From Thermoanaerobaculia bacterium (lineage in GTDB: Bacteria > Acidobacteriota > Thermoanaerobaculia > Multivoradales > JAHEKO01): a stretch of DNA of 44,008 bases. The stretch's first letter is position 1, and each line of letters begins with the position of its first letter. Location: the NCBI GenBank assembly GCA_041394745.1, contig JAWKHP010000027.1, positions 1-44,008 on the forward strand, given 5' to 3'. A program made the position numbers and the translations under genes. The notes below the pieces were generated by a model. It was not told the DNA's origin and did not search any database. It worked only from the letters and a program-made list of their open reading frames with translations. Shown here in pieces: positions 32,285-40,890 of this stretch.

Positions 32285-33571
32285 GGGGCCGTCGGGGCTC
32301 CTGATCGTCGGCGGCACCTGACGCTCGACGCCGAGGACAGTGGTCGAGAACGGGGCCGTGGCGATCGAGGGGGGCGGATCGTGGCGGTGGTCCCGCCGCC
32401 GAGGTGGCGGGTGCCCACCTGGGCCTGTGCCGTCGACGCGAGCGGCAAGATCGTGCTGCCCGGCCTGGTCAACACCCACACGCAGTGCCGATGACGCCCT
32501 GCGCGGTCTGGCCGACGACCTGGCGCCGATGGACGGCTCGAGAACCACACTTCCCGCCGAGGCGGCGCTCGTCGACGAGGAGTTCGTGCGCGCCGGCACC
32601 CGGCTGGCCTGTCTCGAGATGCTCGCCGGGGGCACGACGACGTTCGTCGACATGTACTACTTCGAGGACGCCATCGCCGAGGAGGCGGAGCGCTGCGGCA
32701 TGCGGGCCGTCGTCGGCGAGACGCTCATCGACTTCCCGGCACCGGACCACGCGACCTGGGACGAGGCGGTCGCCTACACGCGGCGCTTCGTCGAGCGCTG
32801 GCGCGAGAACCCGCGGATCACCGCCGCCGTGGCTCCGCACTCGGCCTACACCGTCTCCGGAGAGCACCTGCAGGCCGCCGCGGCGCTGGCCGAGGAGCTC
32901 GACGCGCCGCTGCTGACCCACCTCGCCGAGGCCCCGAGCGAGATGGAACAGGTGAAGGCGAAGACCGGGACCACCTCGGTCGCCTGGATGGAGTCGCTGG
33001 GGGTGCCTCCGATCGCATGGTGGCGGCCCACGTCGTGTGGCCCACGCCGGACGAGATCGACCGCTGGCCGAGCGCGGGCGTGGCGCACTGCCCGCAGTCG
33101 AACATGAAGACGGCGGCCGGGATCGCGCCGGTCCCGGCTCGCGGCCGGCGTCGCCGTGGGTCTGGGCACCGACGGAGCCGCCAGCAACAACGACCTCGAC
33201 CTCTGGGAGGAGATCGACACCGCCGCCAAGCTCCACAAGGTGGCCGCCCTCGATCCCACCCTGATCGACGCCCGACGGCGTTGCGGATGGTGACGATCGA
33301 CGGGGCGCGGGCGCTCGACATGGACGACGATCGGCTCCTCGAAGGGCAAGCGCGCCGACCTGGTCGTCGTCGGCACCGGTTCCTTCCACCAGCGGCCCTT
33401 ACCGACCCCTACTCGCTCCTCGTCTACTCGACCAAGGCCTCGGACGTCGAGAGCGTGGTCGTCGACGGCCGGCTGGTGGTCGAGAACGGTCGCGTTCTCA
33501 CCCTCGACGCGGACGCCGTCCTCGCCGAGGCGGCCAATTGGCGCGAGCGCGTGGCGAAGGTCGGGCGCTGA
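32285..33571 (+). pseudogene. Amidohydrolase (MtaD/SsnA/chlorohydrolase-type metal-dependent deaminase) disrupted by at least 5 frameshifts
   Basis: Family blocks are scattered over three frames: LLIVGGT(L)LTLDAE, VENGAVAIEGG, GRIVAVVPP, DASGKIVLPGLVNTHT(H). Then ALRGLADDLAPMD...EEFVRAGTRLACLEMLAGGTTTFVDMYYFEDAI...RITAAVAPHSAYTVSGEHL...[83 protein letters not shown], and finally LTDPYSLLVYSTKASDVESVVVDGRLVVENGRVLTLDADAVLAEAANW. The first shift is a lost C in a CCC run, creating a TGA. Confidence 0.7.
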
Positions 33572-33582
33572 GGCCCTATTGC

Positions 33583-33760
33583 CGGCGCCCTCCGACCGTG
33601 GCGGGCGATGTCGAGCGGCGGACGTCGGGCGTTGAGGACTTCCGGCCGGCGCCCCATCCGACCGTGCGCGGCGCCGACCGGCGGACGTCGGAGCCAGGGC
33701 CTGGCCGGCGGACCTTCCGATCGTGGCGGGCGGGGCACTGCGGCGCCCGGCCGGCGCGGA
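33583..33760. repeat. Three imperfect direct repeats (~50-60 bp) in the intergenic region between convergent genes
   Basis: CCGGCGCCCTCCGACCGTGGCGGGCG...GCGGCGGACGTCGGGCG, then CCGGCGCCCCATCCGACCGTGCGCGGCG...GGCGGACGTCGGAGC, then CCGGCGGACCTTCCGATCGTGGCGGGCGG.... Confidence 0.5.
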
Positions 33761-33789
33761 ACCCTCCCGCGCCGACCGGTTCCTCACGC

Positions 33790-36112
33790 CCTGGTCGATC
33801 AGTGCCGGCCGAAGCGGTGGACGAACCAGACCCACCAACCGGCCTGGGTCGTTGACCATGCCGGTCAGGTTGTCGAAGTCGATGCCGTTGACGAGGATCT
33901 GCTCGTCGGTGAGGTTGCGACCGTAGAGCGCCAGCTCGTTGGCTCCGGTGCCGAAGACGTAGCCCACCCGCAGGCCGAGCTCGAAGAAGTCGGAGCGGAA
34001 CTCCTCCGACTCGTAGAGGAAGAACCGCTTCTCGGAGTGCCACGCCCAGTCGAAGCTGCCGTAGAGGAGGCCGCCGCCCACCTGGTCGCGGTAGTCGAGC
34101 AGACCGTTGAAGATCCACTCCGGCGCGTGCGGCAAGCTGTTGCCGTCGACCAGGGCACCGTTCGGGCCGATCGGGTCGAGCACCGTGCAACCGCCGCCGC
34201 AGGGAGCCACCGCCAGGTTCGGGTCCTGGATCTCGGTGTGGTTGTTCGAGAGGCCGAGGTTGATCAGCCAGTTGGCCGACGGCGCGATGTCGACGTCGGT
34301 CTCGAAGCCGTAGCCCTCCGTGCTGTCGGCGTTGAGCAGGGTCGCGGTGTTGAACTCGCCACCCACGGCGACGATCTGCTGACCGTCGACGTCGTAGTGG
34401 TAGGCGGTGAAGTTCCAGCGCAGCCGGCGATCGAAGAGCTCGGTCTTGACCCCGACCTCGTAGGAGAGGATGTCCTCCTGGTCGGCCACGGAGACGCAGT
34501 TGGTCGCCGGGTTCAAGCCGCCCTCGAAGTCGGCGCAGAAGAGGATGCGGCCCTGGATCGACGGCGCCCGCGAGCTCGTCGCCACCCGGCCGTAGACGTT
34601 GACGTCCGGGTTGACCTCGTAGGTCGCCGAGGCGTCCCAGCTGACGAAGTCGACGTCGGTGTGGCGCTCGATCGGCCGCACCGTCGGGGTCTGGAAGACG
34701 GGCCGCGGCCTCTCGGCCGCGAAGTCCTTCTCGTCGGTCGTGTAGCGCAGGCCGGCGGCGAGGGTCCAGCGGTCCGTGGCCTCCCAATCGACCGAGCCGA
34801 AGAGCGCCCACGACTTCGCCTGCTGGCTCTGGAAGGCGTAGCCCTCCTCGGGGTTGCCGGGGGCGATGCTGGTGTAGCTGAACGTCTCGGCCTTCAGGTC
34901 CTCGTCGAAGTAGAAGGCGCCGAGGAGCCAGTCGAGCCGCTCGTCGCCGTTGCTGGTGAGCCGCACCTCCTGGGTGATCTGCTCGAGGTCGGGGATGCCG
35001 TCCGCCGTCTCGGAGTAGAAGGGGATGAAGCCGGGTCCGAAGGGCGGCGCGAAGACGGCGCCGAAGCCGCCGTCGATGTCGCCGCGGCTGAACATGTCGA
35101 GCGTCTCGTAGCCGGTGACCGAGGTCAGCGTCGAGCCGCCGAGATCCCACTCGAGCTTCATCATGCCGCCCTGGGCCGAGATGTCCTGCTGGTTCAGCCC
35201 GTCCTGGGCGACCTTGTCGAAGGAGAAGCCGTCGACCAGGTCGTTGGTCCCCGGCTTGATGATGTTGGCGCGGAAGATCCGGGCCGTGCCGTCGACGTCC
35301 CAGCCGTGCAGGTTGAAGAGGCCGGTGAACGTGTCGCTCGGCTCCCAGAGCAGCTGCAGGCGGTAGGCGTAGTTGTCGTAGCCGCCCAGCGCGTTGTCCT
35401 CGCCGGTGAAGGTGTTGTCGACCCAGTCGCTCTGCGACTGCACGAGACCCGAGAAGCGCGCCGACAGCGTGTCGGTCAGGCGACCGCCGACGGCCCCCTG
35501 CAGATCGACCGTGTCGTAGGTGCCGTAGGAGGCGCGGACGAAAGCGTCGAGCTCCTGTGACGGCTTCTTCGACTCGAACTTGATGACGCCGGCCGGAGTG
35601 TTGCGGCCGAAGAGGGTCCCCTGGGGACCGCGGAGCACCTCCACCCGGTCGATGTCCCAGACCGGCATGCCCTTGACCACCGGGTTCTCGAGCACGATCT
35701 CGTCGTAGACCATCGACACCGGCTGCGAAGCGTTGAGGTCGAAGTCGGTGTTGCCCAGGCCGCGGATGTAGAAGCGCGGGAAGGCACGACCGAACGAGGA
35801 CTCGCCCACGACGCTCGGCACGCGGCCGGAGAGCACCAGCACGTCGCCGCCGCCGCTGGTGAGCGTCTCGATCTCCTCGGTCGAGACCGTGGACACCGAG
35901 AGCGGCACCTGGCGCTGGTCCTGCTCACGCTTCTGCGCCGTCACGACGATCTCGTCGAGGACGGCCTCCTGCTCCTCCCCCGAGGCCCCGTTCCCGTCCT
36001 CCTGCATCGCCTCGTCCTGCTCCTCCTGCGCCGCCAGCGGGGCCGTCCCCAACGCGAGGAACCCCACCAGACCGGCCACCGCGAAGACCCTCCAGCTCCT
36101 CGTTTCGACCAT
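33790..36112 (-). CDS. TonB-dependent outer-membrane receptor (C-terminal stop not found in frame; probable frameshift in the last ~5 codons)
   Basis: ATG at 36112 with GGGAGG RBS. Signal peptide; plug motif DEIVVTAQKREQDQRQVP. Beta-barrel body through ...LYGRNLTDEQILVNGIDFDNLTGMVNDPGRLVGLVRP. The frame then reads on without a stop. Shifting one base gives ...RFGRH*, consistent with the canonical aromatic C-terminus. Confidence 0.8.
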
Positions 36113-36171
36113 GTCCCGTCCTCCCTCCGTGCCGCGAAATGTGGCGGGAGTGTAACAGCGTTTCGGGGCGC

Positions 36172-37284
36172 TCAGGCCGGGACGGAGAGGCGTTCGCGCA
36201 TCGCCGGGCGGAGGCTCTCGTCGATCCCCTCGCCGGTCTCGGCCGAGACCCGGACGCCGTCGCCGTCGCGGTGCAGCTCCAGGGGATCGACCCGGTCCAT
36301 CTTGTTGTAGACCGTCAGGACTCGCTCCTCCTCGACGCCCAGATCGGCGAGCACCTCCCGCCCCACCGCCAGCTGGTCCTCCCATCGGGGGTGGCTGCGG
36401 TCGACGACGTGCAGTACCAGGTCGGCGAAGACGATCTCCTCGAGGGTGCTGCGGAAAGAGGCCACGAGGTCGTGGGGCAGCTTGCGGATGAAGCCGACCG
36501 TGTCGGCGAAGACGGCCACCTCACCCTCCCCCAGGCCGCCGCGTCGCAGCTTCGAGTCGAGGGTGGCGAAGAGGCGGTCCTCGGCGCGCACGCCGCCCTG
36601 CGTGAGGCGGTTGAAGAGGGTCGACTTCCCGGCGTTCGTGTAGCCCGCCAGGGCGATCTGCCGCACGTCGCGGCGGTTTCGGCGCTGGACCTTGCGTGTG
36701 CGCTCGATCTTCTCGAGGTCGCGCTCGAGCTGCCCGATCCGCCGCCGCAGCATGCGGCGGTCCGCCTCGAGCTGGGTTTCGCCCTCACCGCCGCGCACGC
36801 CGATGCCACCGGCCTGGCGCGACAGGTGGGACCACCGCCGCGTCAGGCGCGGCAGCAGGTACTGCAGCCGCGCCAGCTCGACCTGGGTCCTGGCCTCCCG
36901 CGACCGTGCCCGCTGGCTGAAGAGCTCGAGGATCAGGCCGCTGCGGTCCAGCACCTGGGCGTCGAGCAGGCCCTCCAGGGCCTGCACCTGGCTCGACGAC
37001 AGATCGTCGTCGAAGACCAGGAGGTCGGCGTCGAGCTGCCCGGCGGCGCGCCCGATCTCCTCCGCCTTGCCGCTGCCGATGAAGGTCTTCGGATGGGGCG
37101 CGCGCCGCGCCTGCACCGCGCGACCCACGACGGCCACTCCCGCGCTACGGGCCAGCTCGGCGAGCTCGTCGAGGTGGTCGTCCACCTCCCAGCTCGACTG
37201 GCCGGGGAGGGCGAGAGCGACGAGGAAGGCGCGGCGGGGAGGGCGGCTCGAGGCGGGCGATGCGGTGGCCAACGGCGCGATCAT
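36172..37284 (-). CDS. hflX: GTPase HflX
   Basis: G1 motif GYTNAGKSTLFNRLT, DTVGF switch region, and HflX N-terminal domain. Confidence 0.9.
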   Translation of the reverse strand: MIAPLATASPASSRPPRRAFLVALALPGQSSWEVDDHLDELAELARSAGVAVVGRAVQARRAPHPKTFIGSGKAEEIGRAAGQLDADLLVFDDDLSSSQVQALEGLLDAQVLDRSGLILELFSQRARSREARTQVELARLQYLLPRLTRRWSHLSRQAGGIGVRGGEGETQLEADRRMLRRRIGQLERDLEKIERTRKVQRRNRRDVRQIALAGYTNAGKSTLFNRLTQGGVRAEDRLFATLDSKLRRGGLGEGEVAVFADTVGFIRKLPHDLVASFRSTLEEIVFADLVLHVVDRSHPRWEDQLAVGREVLADLGVEEERVLTVYNKMDRVDPLELHRDGDGVRVSAETGEGIDESLRPAMRERLSVPA

Positions 37285-37323
37285 AGCGCGCCCCGGCCGT
37301 CCCTCCGGAGCGCGGGGAGCGGC

Positions 37324-37863
37324 TCAGAAGTGCCAGGCGACGCCGGCGTGGATGGTTCCGATGACCTGGGCGTCGTCGTTGTCGATGATGTGGCCCGCCG
37401 CCTCGACGAGGAAGGCGAACTTCGGCGTGACCTTGAACTCGCCGCTGACCCCGAGCACCAGGCCGAGGACCGTGTCGTCGACCGCGGTGGAGCCGGAGGC
37501 CCCGAGGCGCGTCGCGTCGAGGTTGTAGGCGCCCAGGCCCAGGAAGACGCCCGAGTCGTAGTACCCCTCGAAGAACTGGTACTCGCCGCCGATGTTGACG
37601 TAGGTCAGATCGGCGTCGCGCAGCGAGCCCTGGTCGTTCCCGGTGTCGAAGCCGAGGGTGCCCACGCGCAGCCAGATGTTCGTCTGGCGATCGACCACCA
37701 GGGCGCCGCCCACCTGCAGGCCGAGGTCGGCGCTCCCGGAGTTGTCGATCGAGGTCCCCAGGCCCCCCAGGGCGCTGACGGTCCAGGTGAACTCCTGGGC
37801 CTGGAGGAGCGCCGGCACCAGCAGGGCGGCGCCGACGAACAGCGGGATGGAGAGCTTGCGCAC
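37324..37863 (-). CDS. Outer-membrane beta-barrel protein (OmpW/OmpA-like small porin family)
   Basis: Signal peptide MRKLSIPLFVGAALLVPALLQAQ, alternating amphipathic beta-strands, C-terminal ...GVAWHF. Confidence 0.7.
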   Translation of the reverse strand: MRKLSIPLFVGAALLVPALLQAQEFTWTVSALGGLGTSIDNSGSADLGLQVGGALVVDRQTNIWLRVGTLGFDTGNDQGSLRDADLTYVNIGGEYQFFEGYYDSGVFLGLGAYNLDATRLGASGSTAVDDTVLGLVLGVSGEFKVTPKFAFLVEAAGHIIDNDDAQVIGTIHAGVAWHF

Positions 37864-37920
37864 GGGAATCTCCTCTCGGATCGCGGCGAGTATAGCCGCG
37901 CGGAATCCGTCCCAGGACTC

Positions 37921-38697
37921 GTGGGACGTCTACGGAGCCGAGCGCCCAGCGTCACAACCCGCCTGCGGGAGCTCCTCGCCTGGTGGCTGCTCCCGGCCCC
38001 CTGCCTGGCCTGCGACGGCCTCCAGGACACCCTCGACCGCGCCCTGGGGCTGTGCCCGGGCTGCCGCGGCGCCCTGCGGAGGGTGCGCGGCCCCCGCTGC
38101 CGGTGGTGCCTGCGGGCCTTGCCGCCCGGCGGGGCGGCGGGGATCGACGCGTGCGGCGCCTGCCTCCTGCGCCGGCCGCCGCACGAGCGTCTCCTCGCCG
38201 GCTGGAGCTACGAGCCGCCCTTCGACGCCGTCGTCCGGGCGTTGAAGTTCGGGCGTCAGCTCCACCTCGGCCGGCCGATCGGTCGCCGGCTGGCTCGCGA
38301 GCTCGCGCCCGGCTGGCCGGCCGTGGAGTGCATCGTCCCCGTGCCCCTGCACTGGCGGCGGCGCCTGGCTCGTGGATACAACCAGTCCGCCGAGATCGCC
38401 GCCGGGATCGCCGACGAGACGGGCTTGCCGTTGCGCCCTCTGCTGCGCCGTCGCAAGGCCACGCGACGCCAGGCCCGCCTGCCCTTCGAGGAACGCGCCG
38501 CCAACGTCCGCGGCGCCTTCCGGATCCGTGTGCGGACACCGCTCCCGGCGGGCCGGTACCTGCTCGTCGACGACGTGGTCACGACGGGCGGCACGCTGGA
38601 GCAGGCCTCCGCGGCCCTGCGCGCCGCCGGTGCGACCTCGGTCCTCTGCGTGGCGGCCGCCCGCACCCCGCACACCGCCCGGCCGAAACCGGAATAG
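37921..38697 (+). CDS. comF: ComF-family protein (double zinc ribbon + phosphoribosyltransferase domain)
   Basis: N-terminal CxxC...CxxC (CLACDG...CPGCRG...CRWC...CGAC) and PRTase motif YLLVDDVVTTGGTL. GTG start inferred. Confidence 0.75.
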   Translation: MGRLRSRAPSVTTRLRELLAWWLLPAPCLACDGLQDTLDRALGLCPGCRGALRRVRGPRCRWCLRALPPGGAAGIDACGACLLRRPPHERLLAGWSYEPPFDAVVRALKFGRQLHLGRPIGRRLARELAPGWPAVECIVPVPLHWRRRLARGYNQSAEIAAGIADETGLPLRPLLRRRKATRRQARLPFEERAANVRGAFRIRVRTPLPAGRYLLVDDVVTTGGTLEQASAALRAAGATSVLCVAAARTPHTARPKPE

Positions 38698-38769
38698 CCT
38701 CGCGGCCGTACCTGTTGCAAGGTGCACGACGCCCACACCCCGCCCCACCGTGGGGCGCCGAGCCGCCTT

Positions 38770-38799
38770 TTGACAGGGGGATTGCGGCGGACCTATACT
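38770..38799 (+). promoter_or_regulatory. Near-consensus sigma70-type promoter upstream of the 38852 outer-membrane gene
   Basis: TTGACA (38770-38775), 18-nt spacer, TATACT (38794-38799), about 50 nt upstream of the start codon. Confidence 0.45.
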
Positions 38800-38851
38800 G
38801 AACGGTAAGCGCGTACTCAGGCCTCATCTCCAGGACCGAGCAAGCCCCTAC

Positions 38852-40738
38852 GTGCACATGGTGCGAATGCTGGCGCGAACCTCCCGGACACTCCTGATCG
38901 CGGTCGCCGGTTTCGGCGTCCTCGGCACGGGCGCGTTCGCGCAGGACGCGACGCTCTCCGGTCAGGTCAGCTCGGCCGCCGGAGCCCTCGCGGCCGCGCG
39001 CGTCTACGCGTACCAGCTGGCGGACGCCGACCTCACCGAGGCGGTGACCGACCTGCAGGGGGACTTCAGCTTCGACCGCCTGCCCGCGGGGCTCTACAAG
39101 ATCATCGCCTTCAAGCCGGGCTTCGTGCCGGCCGTGGCGCTGCTCACGCGCGCCAGCGCGGAGGCCGCCCAGTTCCTCGAGATGGAGCTCTCGCGCCTCG
39201 ACGAGACGAACTCGGAGACGACCTCGGACTACTGGGCCGTCCGGCGCCGCATCCCGGGCGACATCCTGCGCGAGATCGACCTGCTCGACGCCGTCAACGA
39301 CTGGAGTCGCGACGACGGGGAGCAAGCCCGTCTCGTCTCGGCCCGGATGCAAGCCGTCACCGGAGTCGACAGCACGCTCGACGGCACCAGCTCGCAGATG
39401 ACCGGAGGCCGCTTCGACGTCGCCGGGTCGGTGCACGACCTGACCATCGACGTCACCGGCAACTACATGCAGGTCCAGCCGGGCGGCTCCCTGCAGACGG
39501 GCCTGGACGGCAGCTCACGCCTGGTCGCGGTCGACGTCGAGGACGGCAACGCCAACAGCGTCCGGGTCACCTCCGCCGACAACAGCCTGATCTGGGACGA
39601 GCGCAGCCCCCGCAACATCGACTTCGAGAGCCATGCGGTCTCGTACTCCCGCGAGGGCGATTCGAGCCTGGCCACGGTGTCGGCCCGCTATACGGCGGAG
39701 AACAACTTCTACCGCAGCGGCGGCTTCGGCCCCGTCGCCCTGCCCGAGGCGAGCCGTTCGTGGCGCCTCGAGGGACGCTACGCGACCGCGGTCGGCCAGC
39801 GCTCGCAGGTCGAGGCCGGCTTCCGCTATCGCGAGCGCGAGGCCGAGACCGCGAGTCACCGGTTCTGGCTGCCGCAAGAGCGCGTGGAGGTCTTCGGCCG
39901 CAGCGGCTACCAGGTCGCTCCCGCCCTCCTGGTCGAGTACGGCCTCTACTCCACCCTGCGGGACGGCAGCCTCTCCCTGATGCCGCAGGGCAGCGTCGTC
40001 CTGCGCCTGGGCGAGGATTGGCGTGCCTCGGGGACCTTCAGCCAGAAGGTGCACGAGGAAGCGGAGAACCTCCCGTTCCTGCAGGACTTCACGTCCGTGC
40101 ACTACCAGGACTACGCGGGGTGCGACCAGGCGGCCGAGCACTGCTACAAGGTCGTCTTCTCCAAGCTCGACGGGAAGCGTGAGACGTTCAGCGTCGGAGC
40201 GCTCCACCGCCGGTTCGACGAGACGCTGCAGCTGCACTTCGACCGCGACTTCTTCAATCAGGAGGAGAACCTCTTCCTGGTGCCCGGCGACAGCGTTCCC
40301 GAGCTGCAGATCGGCCTCAACCGGCAGCTGGCCCCCGGGATCCTGAGCCGCTTCGAGTCCACGGTCGGCCAGGGCGGCGGCGGCGTGCTCTGGGCGGGCG
40401 ACCGGCCACGCCCCTACTCCAACGACGTGCGGTACCTGATCACGTCGGTGGACACGCACTTCGCCGCCACCGAGACCGGCGTCTTCGTCGCCTATCACCA
40501 GATCGAGCAGCGCCTCGAGCCGCTGCGCCGGCGCGACAGCGAGCGGCAGGTCGAGCTCGAGAAGCTCCAGCTGGTCGTGACCCAGCCGCTCGACGTGCTG
40601 CACCGGCTCGCCTCCGACTTCGCCGTCCAGCTCAACATGGAGCTGACGCGGGGGCTGCAGCCCCAGGACGACTTGGCCGAGGCCGACCCCGACCAGCTGC
40701 GCGGGCGCATCACCGGCGGTCTCGCGGTCAGCTTCTGA
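38852..40738 (+). CDS. Outer-membrane protein with N-terminal carboxypeptidase-regulatory-like (CarbopepD_reg) domain and beta-barrel
   Basis: Signal peptide LLIAVAGFGVLGTGAFAQ. TLSGQVSSAAGALAAARVYAY...GDFSFDRLPAGLYKI matches the CarbopepD_reg fold. C-terminal ...GGLAVSF. Confidence 0.7.
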   Translation: MHMVRMLARTSRTLLIAVAGFGVLGTGAFAQDATLSGQVSSAAGALAAARVYAYQLADADLTEAVTDLQGDFSFDRLPAGLYKIIAFKPGFVPAVALLTRASAEAAQFLEMELSRLDETNSETTSDYWAVRRRIPGDILREIDLLDAVNDWSRDDGEQARLVSARMQAVTGVDSTLDGTSSQMTGGRFDVAGSVHDLTIDVTGNYMQVQPGGSLQTGLDGSSRLVAVDVEDGNANSVRVTSADNSLIWDERSPRNIDFESHAVSYSREGDSSLATVSARYTAENNFYRSGGFGPVALPEASRSWRLEGRYATAVGQRSQVEAGFRYREREAETASHRFWLPQERVEVFGRSGYQVAPALLVEYGLYSTLRDGSLSLMPQGSVVLRLGEDWRASGTFSQKVHEEAENLPFLQDFTSVHYQDYAGCDQAAEHCYKVVFSKLDGKRETFSVGALHRRFDETLQLHFDRDFFNQEENLFLVPGDSVPELQIGLNRQLAPGILSRFESTVGQGGGGVLWAGDRPRPYSNDVRYLITSVDTHFAATETGVFVAYHQIEQRLEPLRRRDSERQVELEKLQLVVTQPLDVLHRLASDFAVQLNMELTRGLQPQDDLAEADPDQLRGRITGGLAVSF

Positions 40739-40890
40739 GGCCCGCCCTCCCCGCGTCCGGCGTGGGTCCGTGCGGGGCGAATCAAACCGTTGGATCCGGC
40801 TCGCCGGACGTCATTCAAATTTCCGGATCGTCGGCATAAACTGTCGATGCCACCGGGGTTTCCCGCGCGTCCAACCACTCGACGCGTGGC

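Noticed and set aside
33583-33760. Possible CRISPR array
   Set aside because: Only three imperfect repeats with non-unique, similar-length intervening sequence and no cas genes anywhere in the window; this fits an intergenic repeat element better.
32846-36385. 1179-aa minus ORF
   Set aside because: The central part is the TonB-dependent receptor. The N-terminal 91 codons precede the true RBS-supported ATG at 36112. The C-terminal extension beyond ~33790 reads through because of a terminal frameshift into the antisense of the amidohydrolase gene.
36139-38697. 852-aa plus ORF
   Set aside because: Only the last ~260 codons (ComF) are real. Upstream it runs antisense through HflX and the OM beta-barrel gene without hitting a stop.
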